In this document: piece by piece, positions 48,115-56,540 of the stretch
Numbering within the stretch: position 1 is the stretch's first letter
How the letters are laid out: the number at the start of each line of letters is the position of its first letter
Source: Bacillota bacterium
Lineage (GTDB): Bacteria > Bacillota > Clostridia > Lachnospirales > Cellulosilyticaceae
DNA: 64,000 nt
Reading direction: 5' to 3'
NCBI GenBank assembly: GCA_023436395.1
Contig: JAEZJJ010000004.1
Location: 2,285-66,284 of the forward strand
The notes under the pieces: generated by a model
What the model saw: only the letters and a program-made list of their open reading frames with translations
The model's database searches: none
What the model was told of the DNA's origin: nothing
Position numbers and translations under genes: made by a program

Positions 48115-49280
48115 GATTTTACTATGTCGCCCTTAAATTAAAGCTAAAGGAACTTCTTAAGAATAAAGCATATGTGGTAACATTAGGGATATTACCACTT
48201 TTGATAGGTCTTATAATGATTTATGGAACAGCCTACATAGATGAAGGAACTTTAAAGGCGGGGTTGTGGAGTGATAGTATATTAGGTGATAGAATCACGG
48301 AAATTTTATTAGAAGATGAAGGAATTTCTTTTATAAAGTATGAAACGGTAGAGGGTTTAGAACATGCAGTAGCAACTAATGCTATCGAATGTGGTTTTGT
48401 GATTGATCCTAGTATTGATAAGCAAAAACTGGAAGTCGATTTTAATAAAGCAATAAAAGTAGTTATTTCTCCTGCAACTATGGCTAAAGGAGCGCTTCAA
48501 GAAGTAGTAACTGCAACACTATATCGCCTTGTGGCAGAAGATATAGCATATATGACTTTGAAGAATAAAGAATACATGCAAGAAGTAAGGGAGTTAAAAA
48601 ATTGGATACATGACAGGGTTGAAAGCTATTATGCAAATGGTGATTTGATGCAGATTGTCTTTGTAGAAGGAAATTCAGAAGAGATAAGTACGGTAGATCA
48701 AAAAAGAGAAGGCATCTTAAGATTAGGAAAAGGATTAATTGCTGTTTTTATCATGATAAGTAGTTTATTAGTTGGTGTTAGAGTAATTGAGGATAGACAA
48801 GGGAAAATACATAGTCGTTTTTGTACCATTGGTAAGAGTGCATTGAATCCAGATTTACCTATTATTTGTGCTAATATTATATTGCAGGTAATAGTAGGGG
48901 GAATATCCCTTTTGATTATGAAGTGGGGGGGGAGGAATATACTAGATGTATCTATAGGGCAAGAAGGAAGTATGCTAATCGTGTACGTTCTGTGTTTAAG
49001 TATATTGACGCTTTTGGTAACCGAAATGGCTCCTAATAGTGAATTATGGTTTTCGATGATTCCTATGCTGACAATTGCAGCTATATTATTTTGTCCTATT
49101 GTAATAGACTTTTCAAGCATGCAGACTTGGTTTAGATATATCTCCTATTTCTTTATTCCGTATTATTATATTGGAGGAAGTAAATATTTAGTGAGTTTAA
49201 TAGGTGCGACTATAATATTGGGTTGTGCGTATAAGAGTCTTAGACTGTTTAAGAGTAATTTATCTAGGGCATATAGATAG
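48111..49280 (+). CDS. ABC-2 family permease with large extracytoplasmic loop (second subunit)
   Basis: 4-nt overlap with the previous permease gene and the same topology. Confidence 0.65.
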   Translation: MRFYYVALKLKLKELLKNKAYVVTLGILPLLIGLIMIYGTAYIDEGTLKAGLWSDSILGDRITEILLEDEGISFIKYETVEGLEHAVATNAIECGFVIDPSIDKQKLEVDFNKAIKVVISPATMAKGALQEVVTATLYRLVAEDIAYMTLKNKEYMQEVRELKNWIHDRVESYYANGDLMQIVFVEGNSEEISTVDQKREGILRLGKGLIAVFIMISSLLVGVRVIEDRQGKIHSRFCTIGKSALNPDLPIICANIILQVIVGGISLLIMKWGGRNILDVSIGQEGSMLIVYVLCLSILTLLVTEMAPNSELWFSMIPMLTIAAILFCPIVIDFSSMQTWFRYISYFFIPYYYIGGSKYLVSLIGATIILGCAYKSLRLFKSNLSRAYR

Positions 49281-49329
49281 TAATTATATGGAGGGTTGGC
49301 TACAGTCAAGTAAGGAGGTTAAAGTAATT

Positions 49330-49842
49330 ATGAGAAAAGACGATATACTAAATAGTGTAGAATCATTTACTGATTATTTCAAAGAAGCAGATAGGAGTGA
49401 GAAAATGGTTACAGTATCTACTATAGCTAATGCATCTAGAGGAGAACTACTTTGTATCACTTATGAAATATTATTAGAGAATATAAAAAATGCTAGAGAA
49501 AATACGGGGAAGCAACGCCAAGATTACTTAAAGAAATCAATAGAAGTTGTTCAAATGCTGGCAGGAGATCTGAATTTTGAGTTTGACTTATCCAAAGAAC
49601 TATTCAGTATCTATATTTATGTGCAAGGTGTATTGATTAATGCTAAAACAGATGAAAAAATAGAAGAAGCTTATCATCTTATAAGCAAGTTATACGAAAG
49701 CTTTAAAGAAGTAAGTAAAAGAGAGAAAGAAGCAAGACCAAGTATAGATAATGCAGAGATTGTATATGCAGGACTTACCTATGGACCACATCATTTAAAT
49801 GAATTAAGTATGAAAGAAGCTAACAGAGGATATAAGGCCTAA
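49330..49842 (+). CDS. FliS-like protein (flagellar export chaperone family candidate)
   Basis: ATG 49330 follows AAGGAGG, whereas the track start 49225 would overlap the permease. It aligns by eye to B. subtilis FliS (GEL..., LNFEFDLSKELFSIYIYVQGVLINA, ...LYESFKE). Confidence 0.5.
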   Translation: MRKDDILNSVESFTDYFKEADRSEKMVTVSTIANASRGELLCITYEILLENIKNARENTGKQRQDYLKKSIEVVQMLAGDLNFEFDLSKELFSIYIYVQGVLINAKTDEKIEEAYHLISKLYESFKEVSKREKEARPSIDNAEIVYAGLTYGPHHLNELSMKEANRGYKA

Positions 49843-49844
49843 AT

Positions 49845-49884
49845 AAAAAAGTCAGATTGTGTAGGGCATAATCTGACTTTTTTA
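49845..49884 (+). terminator. rho-independent terminator
   Basis: AAAAAAGTCAGATT / AATCTGACTTTTTT. Confidence 0.8.
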
Positions 49885-50062
49885 TAATACATCACTATAT
49901 TTGAAAATGTAGTAGATTCAAATTTGATGAATTACCATAGCTAATCTTAGAAGGTTACAGAAGCAAAGTATGCTTATCTCATAAAAAAGTTAAATTATAA
50001 ATAGTCTAAAAAAACAAAATTTACATATTAATAAAATAAGCTTATTAATATGGAGGAGATCA

Positions 50063-50308
50063 ATGAGTGGAGATTTAGTAATTTTCGTCTTTATCGGGAT
50101 ATGTATTCTTATACTAATAGGGCTATTGTTTAGAAAGCAACTAGTAGATTTTTTGATTAATGGTATTACGGGAGTAGTTATTATTTTTTGTATCAATGGT
50201 TTACTTCCTATATATGCTATAGGTATTAATTTTTTTACGATGGGTGCTGCTACCTTGCTTGGAATTCCGGGAATTATAACAGTATATATAGTAAAAAACA
50301 TCTTATAA
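50063..50308 (+). CDS. bofA: pro-sigma-K processing inhibitor BofA
   Basis: RBS GGAGGAG. 81 aa with two TM segments. C-terminal INFFTMGAATLLGIPGIITVY is typical of BofA. Confidence 0.75.
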   Translation: MSGDLVIFVFIGICILILIGLLFRKQLVDFLINGITGVVIIFCINGLLPIYAIGINFFTMGAATLLGIPGIITVYIVKNIL

Positions 50309-50321
50309 GTTGTTGATACAA

Positions 50322-50496
50322 TGTGGATAAGTTGGTTCTAGATGGTGATAAGTTGTGTAAGTGTGAGTTTATTACATTGTTGGAATTGTGGATAGTTTTG
50401 AGGATAAACTTTAAAAAACAAGATAAATTCAAGAGTTTAGCTATTGACATTTATGCACAGAGATGATAAAATAAATGTGGATATAGATGTGGAAAA
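50322..50496. promoter_or_regulatory. DnaA-box cluster (7 box-like 9-mers)
   Basis: TGTGGATAA 50322 (perfect), TGGTGATAA 50343 (2 mismatches), TGTGGATAG 50387, TGAGGATAA 50399, TTATGCACA 50451 (opposite orientation), TGTGGATAT 50476, TGTGGAAAA 50488 (1 mismatch each). Confidence 0.6.
50444..50472 (+). promoter_or_regulatory. consensus-like sigma-A promoter embedded in the DnaA-box cluster
   Basis: TTGACA (50444-50449), 17 nt, TAAAAT (50467-50472). One DnaA box lies in the spacer and two lie at about -4 to +18. Confidence 0.55.
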
Positions 50497-50542
50497 CTAT
50501 ATCTAATTTATTTGACGTAAGTATAACATATCAATCCCTTTA

Positions 50543-50577
50543 TACTCTATAGATAGCTATAGAGTACTTTTTTATTT
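50543..50577 (+). terminator. hairpin terminator/attenuator about 95 nt downstream of the predicted +1
   Basis: TACTCTATAG-ATAG-CTATAGAGTA (10-bp perfect stem) followed by CTTTTTTATTT. Confidence 0.55.
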
Positions 50578-50668
50578 ATGCATACTACCATAAATAGGTA
50601 TAAAAGTTGAATTAGGTGTATACACTATAACAACGAATGATAACGATTATGCCTATGGAGGAGTGAAT

Positions 50669-51373
50669 ATGCATTTATTGGATCGGATAGAAGAATATAC
50701 ACAAGATATTAAAAAGAATTCCTGTGTATATGAGATACAAAAATCAGGCATTGAAGTTCTGTGTAAATATATTACTAATAGTGGTTTGAATGTACCAGAA
50801 GATGATTTTGATAGGCAAATGTTGAATAAGTTGTTATTTTATTGGCTCCCTCGTAATAAAAAATACTTAAGTGAGGTGGAAGCCTATCAGATTATCTACA
50901 CAATACAAGATGTTTATCACTATATTAGGAAAATGAGCCAAATCGAAGAAACAGATACAGACACTCCCACCATTCTAGAAAGTTATGGACAAGAGTATAT
51001 GAGAGTATATAAAGCCAAGAATATGCTTTTGAAAATGACTAAAGACCCAGTTGTTTCTGTGAATCCTATAGTAATTGCTTTGGACAAATATAAAGAAAAG
51101 AAGAAAAAGAATAGTTATACTGACCTTGCTACAACTTATGAACAAGCCATTTTTAAAGTGCAAGAGTGTAAAGAGGGTGGACAAGTTATTCTTACTAAAC
51201 TAGGGCAAGATAAACCTTATAAATTACTATTAGAATATCCAGTATATAAGTACTTAAAGGTAGGAGATATGATGCATGCAGTGATTAAGCGTAAATTATT
51301 TTACGTTTATTGGGAAGTGGAAGAACTGAAGTTTTATTATCTGCCTCAAGCTCAGGAATTTTTTGTACTGTGA
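50669..51373 (+). CDS. hypothetical protein
   Basis: ATG 50669 is 5 nt after GGAGGAG. 234 aa. I recognise no family. Confidence 0.5.
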   Translation: MHLLDRIEEYTQDIKKNSCVYEIQKSGIEVLCKYITNSGLNVPEDDFDRQMLNKLLFYWLPRNKKYLSEVEAYQIIYTIQDVYHYIRKMSQIEETDTDTPTILESYGQEYMRVYKAKNMLLKMTKDPVVSVNPIVIALDKYKEKKKKNSYTDLATTYEQAIFKVQECKEGGQVILTKLGQDKPYKLLLEYPVYKYLKVGDMMHAVIKRKLFYVYWEVEELKFYYLPQAQEFFVL

Positions 51374-51446
51374 TACCTAGAAATGGATATTCATCTTGAA
51401 ATAACGTGGTTAATATGCGTATAATAAAAAGCAGATTAGAGGATTT

Positions 51447-51475
51447 AAGGTTCATAAAATTTTTATGAACCTTTA
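51447..51475 (+). terminator. weak hairpin terminator
   Basis: GGTTCATAAA / TTTATGAACC with a 3-nt loop and a T-rich tail. Confidence 0.35.
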
Positions 51476-51508
51476 TGAAGTTTTTTATATAAAGAAAGGA
51501 AGTGCACT

Positions 51509-52633
51509 ATGAAAATTACATTATTGCTGGCTCAGTGTACATCAGAAACTCTAAAATATAGTTTAGACATCATACAAAAAGTATTAAAAGAATTAGATGT
51601 TGAAGTACATAAAATAGACCTTACTAAATTACCATATTTTGAAGGGAAGAAAGGCAAAGAAATAGAAAGAATTATGCAGACCATTGAAAGGAGTAAAGGT
51701 GTTATTGCTATGACGATGGTCCCTATGTTAGGGATGCATGGTGCTATGCAGAGTTTTTTTGATACAGCAACACTTTATGAAGGACATTATTTCAATAAAC
51801 CACTATTAGCTATTACTTATAGTGAGTGGCTAGGAGAACAAGAAGCGGCTAACTCAATGCTCAGGTGTTGGAATATCTTAGGTGGCAATGATGGGGGAAA
51901 ACTATTTCTTAATAAGCAAACCGATCTTACTCAGGTACAAGGACATTTAGAACGAGAAGTAGAGGATTTTTATCGTTTGATTAAGCAAGAACGATTAGTG
52001 ATTAAGTCTAGTGAGCATATAATTTTTCAAGGAATGAAGAGTAATAATAACCCAACACTTAAATCAACTCAAGGTAATCAAATGTCTGAAATGGACATGG
52101 GGAAAACAGGAGAAATTAGGAGTTTTGCAGATATCATAAGAGGAGAACGCATACAAGAGGAGCCAAAAACTGTAATAGAACCAACTATCAATCTATCTAC
52201 TAAGGAACAGACAATAAAAGAAATAGCAAGTTTAATTCAAAGAGAAGCACAGGAAGATGGCTTTAAGGAATTTAATACTGGAATTTATACAAGACCGCCC
52301 CATATTTTAGGGGGGAATACAAGTAGTAGGAAATTGCAACAAATACCCCACTATTTTATTGCACAATTTGATAAGGAGTTAGCTTTAGCACTTAAATATC
52401 ATGTGACAGATAGCAATGAGGAAGGTTATATTATCATCAAAGAGGGGGATTGTTTATATAAGGAGAAGTTGGATGAGGCACCTACAGTAGAGATGATTTT
52501 AACAGAAGAAGTGCTAGAGTCTATTCTAAGTAAAAAAATCACTTATCAAAAGGCTTTTATGTTAGGTAAATTAAAGGTAAAAGGTAATTTTGCTATTTTG
52601 CCTAAATTAGATCAAATTTTTAAAGCATTGTAA
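51509..52633 (+). CDS. hypothetical two-domain protein: flavodoxin-like N-terminus and SCP2 (sterol-carrier-like) C-terminus
   Basis: The C-terminus ITYQKAFMLGKLKVKGNFAILPKLDQIF matches the SCP2 tail pattern. The N-terminal roughly 140 aa has an alternating beta-alpha pattern. Both calls are tentative. Confidence 0.4.
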   Translation: MKITLLLAQCTSETLKYSLDIIQKVLKELDVEVHKIDLTKLPYFEGKKGKEIERIMQTIERSKGVIAMTMVPMLGMHGAMQSFFDTATLYEGHYFNKPLLAITYSEWLGEQEAANSMLRCWNILGGNDGGKLFLNKQTDLTQVQGHLEREVEDFYRLIKQERLVIKSSEHIIFQGMKSNNNPTLKSTQGNQMSEMDMGKTGEIRSFADIIRGERIQEEPKTVIEPTINLSTKEQTIKEIASLIQREAQEDGFKEFNTGIYTRPPHILGGNTSSRKLQQIPHYFIAQFDKELALALKYHVTDSNEEGYIIIKEGDCLYKEKLDEAPTVEMILTEEVLESILSKKITYQKAFMLGKLKVKGNFAILPKLDQIFKAL

Positions 52634-52653
52634 TTTTGAAGAAAGAGGTATAA

Positions 52654-53073
52654 ATGATGAGTACAGAGTGTGTTTTTTGTAAAATAGCAAGGGGAGATAT
52701 TCCTTCCTTTACTATTTATGAAGATGATTTGTTCAAGGTAATCTTAGATCGTTTTCCAGCTGCGCCAGGTCATGCTTTGATTATTCCTAAGGTACACTAT
52801 AAGGATATGTTTGAACTCCCTCGAGAAGTGTCTGAGGCGCTATATCCTCTAGCACAAAAAGTGGCTACTCAAATAAAAAAGGCAGTGGGTGCAGAAGGTA
52901 TGAATGTTGTTCAGAATAATGGTGAAGTAGCGGGACAAAGTGTTTACCACTTCCATTTGCATTTAGTACCTAGAAAAGCAGGGGATGGTATTATTTTAAA
53001 TAAGAGTTCAAAGGGAGATACTGCTTTAGAAGAGTTAGAAATGATTTTAAAACAAATACAAGAAGTGAAATAA
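52654..53073 (+). CDS. HIT-family (histidine triad) nucleotide hydrolase
   Basis: CVFCKI...GHALIIPK...QSVYHFHLHLVPR triad motif. Confidence 0.9.
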   Translation: MMSTECVFCKIARGDIPSFTIYEDDLFKVILDRFPAAPGHALIIPKVHYKDMFELPREVSEALYPLAQKVATQIKKAVGAEGMNVVQNNGEVAGQSVYHFHLHLVPRKAGDGIILNKSSKGDTALEELEMILKQIQEVK

Positions 53074-53084
53074 AGAGATTAAAT

Positions 53085-53121
53085 AAAGGGTTATGAAACA
53101 GAAAAGTTTCATAACCCTTTA
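53085..53121. terminator. bidirectional terminator between the HIT gene and asnB
   Basis: AAAGGGTTATGAAAC-AGAAAA-GTTTCATAACCCTTT 15-bp perfect stem. Confidence 0.8.
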
Positions 53122-53133
53122 CTATTGTGATGA

Positions 53134-54960
53134 TTAGTTTTCAAAATATACTTTATACCAAGTTAAGAACATAAATACTGTCCAAATCTTACGACTGTTA
53201 TCAGCCTTACCGATTTTATGGTTATCTAACAGAGTAATTAACTCATTTGCATTGAAATAATGATTTGCAGCAGAAGAAGTAAATGCCTCTTTAACAACGT
53301 TATAGTATTTATCCTCCTTCAGCCATACACGAATAGGAACAGGGAAACCAAGTTTCTTTTTGTTTGCTACAGCAGGAGGTAAATTGCGTTTAGCTGCAAG
53401 TCTCATAGCATACTTAGTGTTTTCTTTATTCACACGATATTTAACAGGTACCTTAGAAGCTACCTCAAACACTTTACGATCTAGGAATGGAACACGTACT
53501 TCGAGAGAGTGTGCCATACTCATTTTATCTGCTTTGAGAAGGATGTCTCCAGAAAGCCACATATGCATGTCTACATATTGCATCTTAGTGATATCATCTT
53601 TGTCTTTGACTTTATCATAAATGGGTTTAACCATCTCAAATGGATTGATGGCAGAGGTGGTTATTTTTAGGAGTTTTTTGCGTTCTTCTTCAGAAAACAT
53701 ATAGGCATTTCCAAGGAAGCGTTCTTCAATATCTTTGCTAGCACGAATTAAGAAGTTCTTACCTTTAAAATTAAAAGGTAAGGCTTGAGCAACACTTGCC
53801 AAGAATTTACGTAGACCCTTTGGAAGTTTACGATACCCAGCTGAATCTAAGGGTTCTTTATAGATGTTGTATCCTCCAAAGAATTCATCTGCCCCTTCGC
53901 CTGAAAGTACACCTTTAACAGTCTCACTTGCTAAACCACATACAAAGTATAGAGCAACAGCGGCAGGATCGGCTAAAGGCTCATCCATGAAGTATTGTAC
54001 TTTAGGAAGAACGTCCCAATATTCTTCAGGGGTAATAACTTTATTCATGTTAGGAATATTAATTTCTTTAGAAAGTTCTTGGGCATAGTTAATTTCATTG
54101 TATTGTTCATTAGCAAAGCCAACCGTAAAGGTATGATCCCCATTAAAGCAACTAGCTACATAGCTAGAGTCAACACCACTTGATAAGAAGGATCCTACTT
54201 CTACATCACTAATTTTATGTGCTTCAATAGATTCCTTCATTTGTGCATCAATAGCATCCACATAACTTTCTAGTGTACCATCAGTTTCATTAAAAATAGG
54301 TTCCCAATAACGAGTGATGGACATTTCACCATTTTTAATAACAAAATAGTGAGCAGGTGGTAATTTAAAGATGCCTTTAAAGAAGGTTTCTGGAAGGGCG
54401 GAGTATTGGAAAGTTAAATAAGTTTCCAAAGCTTCTTCATTGAGCTCCTTATTGACGCTAGGATGTTGTAAAATTGCTTTAATCTCAGAGGCATAAATAA
54501 AGCCATCTTCAGTTTGGGTATAATAAAAAGGTTTAATGCCAAAGAAGTCTCTTGCACCAAAAAGGGTATTGTCTTCTCGATCCCAAATAACAAAGGCAAA
54601 CATACCACGAAGATGAGATAAAAGGCTTGTACCATATTCCTCGTAACCGTGCACCAAAACCTCAGAGTCTGAGTGGGTTTTAAAGACATGCCCTTTTGCA
54701 ATAAGATTCTCTCTGATTTCTTTATAATTATATATTTCACCATTGAATGTGAGTACAAAGCGTTCATCCTCATTGTAAAGAGGTTGAGCACCTGCTTCTA
54801 AGTCTAGAAAACTTAATCGTCTAAATCCCATATGAATATGTGCATCACTAAACTTCCCAGAACTATCTGGCCCACGATGGGCGATGCTATCCATCATATT
54901 TGTGAGTATTAACTCTTTATTTTCAATATTTGTATTTACAAAGCCACAAAAACCACACAT
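53134..54960 (-). CDS. asnB: asparagine synthase (glutamine-hydrolysing)
   Basis: N-terminal catalytic MCGFCGF (Ntn amidotransferase). PP-loop SFLSSGVDSS. 608 aa. Confidence 0.95.
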   Translation of the reverse strand: MCGFCGFVNTNIENKELILTNMMDSIAHRGPDSSGKFSDAHIHMGFRRLSFLDLEAGAQPLYNEDERFVLTFNGEIYNYKEIRENLIAKGHVFKTHSDSEVLVHGYEEYGTSLLSHLRGMFAFVIWDREDNTLFGARDFFGIKPFYYTQTEDGFIYASEIKAILQHPSVNKELNEEALETYLTFQYSALPETFFKGIFKLPPAHYFVIKNGEMSITRYWEPIFNETDGTLESYVDAIDAQMKESIEAHKISDVEVGSFLSSGVDSSYVASCFNGDHTFTVGFANEQYNEINYAQELSKEINIPNMNKVITPEEYWDVLPKVQYFMDEPLADPAAVALYFVCGLASETVKGVLSGEGADEFFGGYNIYKEPLDSAGYRKLPKGLRKFLASVAQALPFNFKGKNFLIRASKDIEERFLGNAYMFSEEERKKLLKITTSAINPFEMVKPIYDKVKDKDDITKMQYVDMHMWLSGDILLKADKMSMAHSLEVRVPFLDRKVFEVASKVPVKYRVNKENTKYAMRLAAKRNLPPAVANKKKLGFPVPIRVWLKEDKYYNVVKEAFTSSAANHYFNANELITLLDNHKIGKADNSRKIWTVFMFLTWYKVYFEN

Positions 54961-55365
54961 ATGTAAGGGCTCCTTTCATTTTTGTACACATAGACTTTAA
55001 CATATCTCATAGTTAAAAGCAATGCTACCCTCATTTTCTCTTATTAAGTATTGCCGAAAGTTCAAAGAATAAACCATAAATTGATGGGATAATTATTGAC
55101 TTCATAAATAATCAAAAGTATTATTAAAATGATAGGAAAAAACAATAGATATTGCTAGAAGATGCAAACTTACATAAAGAGAATCAGGGCTCATAAGTAA
55201 CATAAAATATAGTAAAACGGGTTTTACTAGATACAAGATGTTCTTGTGAGCTGAATTTTTTAGTAAGTATACAGGATAAAAGTACATCCTAGCATAGTAC
55301 TTTATGAAAGAGAAGAGATAAGGGGCATAGACATTTTCATAAGGGAAAGTAAGGAAAAAGGAGAT

Positions 55366-56526
55366 ATGAAGATGAACTTAAGAGAACAAGCTTTAGAGAT
55401 GCACGAAAAATGGCAAGGTAAACTAGAGATTGCTTCAAAAGCGAAAGTAGATAGCAGAGAAGCATTGTCTGTGTGTTATACACCAGGTGTAGCAGAACCA
55501 TGTAAAGAAATTGTTGCAGACAAAGAGAATGTTTATAAATATACAATGAAAGGCAATACAGTAGCTGTCATATCGGATGGAACAGCTGTTTTAGGATTAG
55601 GGGATATTGGACCTGAAGCGGCTATGCCGGTTATGGAAGGAAAGGCTGTATTATTTAAAGAATTTGCAGGAATCAATGCTATTCCTATCTGTATTGATAC
55701 AAAAGATACAAACGAGATTATTCAATTTGTAAAACAGATTGCACCTACTTTCGGTGGAATTAATTTAGAAGATATTTCGGCACCTAGATGTTTTGAAATT
55801 GAAGAAGCACTTAAGAAAGAATTAGATATTCCAGTATTTCATGATGATCAACATGGAACTGCTATTGTGGTTTTAGCTGGAATTGTTAATGGCCTTAAGG
55901 TGGCTGGTAAACAAAAAGAAGATGTAAAAGTTGTTGTAAATGGTGCAGGATCAGCAGGAATTGCTATTACAAAACTTCTTTTACATTATGGGTTTAAAGA
56001 TGTTACGGTTGTTGATAGAATGGGTATACTAGAAGTAAGTGAAGAATGGATGAACTGGGCACAAACTGAACTTTCAAAAGTAACAAATCCTAGAGGATTA
56101 AAGGGGGATTTAAAAATGGCCCTTGAAGGTGCAGATGTATTTGTAGGTGTTTCGGCACCAGGTATTGTTTCCAGTGAGATGATTACAAGTATGAATAAAG
56201 ATGGTATAGTATTTGCGATGGCTAATCCAGTACCAGAGATTATGCCTGATTTAGCAAAGGCGGCAGGTGCTAAAGTAGTGGGAACAGGACGTTCGGATTT
56301 TCCAAATCAAGTGAACAATGTGCTTGTATTCCCTGGTATCTTTAAAGGGGCACTTATGGCAAGGGCTGGGCAAATTACAGAAGATATGAAAATTGCAGCG
56401 GCTATAGCTATTGCTAATATGGTGAGTGAAGAAGAATTAAATGATGAAAATATTTTACCACAGCCATTTACACCAGGGGTAGCAGATGCAGTTGCTAAGG
56501 CTGTTATGGAGATGGCTGGTAAATAA
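55366..56526 (+). CDS. NAD(P)-dependent malic enzyme (short form, no PTA-like domain)
   Basis: [41 protein letters not shown] Rossmann motif. 386 aa. Confidence 0.9.
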   Translation: MKMNLREQALEMHEKWQGKLEIASKAKVDSREALSVCYTPGVAEPCKEIVADKENVYKYTMKGNTVAVISDGTAVLGLGDIGPEAAMPVMEGKAVLFKEFAGINAIPICIDTKDTNEIIQFVKQIAPTFGGINLEDISAPRCFEIEEALKKELDIPVFHDDQHGTAIVVLAGIVNGLKVAGKQKEDVKVVVNGAGSAGIAITKLLLHYGFKDVTVVDRMGILEVSEEWMNWAQTELSKVTNPRGLKGDLKMALEGADVFVGVSAPGIVSSEMITSMNKDGIVFAMANPVPEIMPDLAKAAGAKVVGTGRSDFPNQVNNVLVFPGIFKGALMARAGQITEDMKIAAAIAIANMVSEEELNDENILPQPFTPGVADAVAKAVMEMAGK

Positions 56527-56540
56527 AGGAGGACTAACAG

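Noticed and set aside
49225-49329. Upstream start (49225) for the FliS-like ORF.
   Set aside because: It would overlap the permease gene by 56 nt and has no RBS. The ATG at 49330 is preceded by AAGGAGG at ideal spacing.
50309-50662. The DnaA-box cluster as the chromosomal replication origin (oriC).
   Set aside because: There is no dnaA, dnaN or rpmH nearby. The flanking genes (bofA and a hypothetical gene) are not origin neighbours. I saw no tandem AT-rich 13-mer or DnaA-trio-like unwinding element. An auxiliary or regulatory DnaA-box cluster is the more conservative reading.
54961-55365. T-box or other riboswitch leader in the 400-bp asnB/malic-enzyme divergent region, with track ORFs at 55102..55287 and 55337..55546.
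   Set aside because: There is no T-box motif (GGTGGTACCGCG or its complement), no specifier/antiterminator architecture and no terminator hairpin. The ORFs are low-complexity and lack RBSs.
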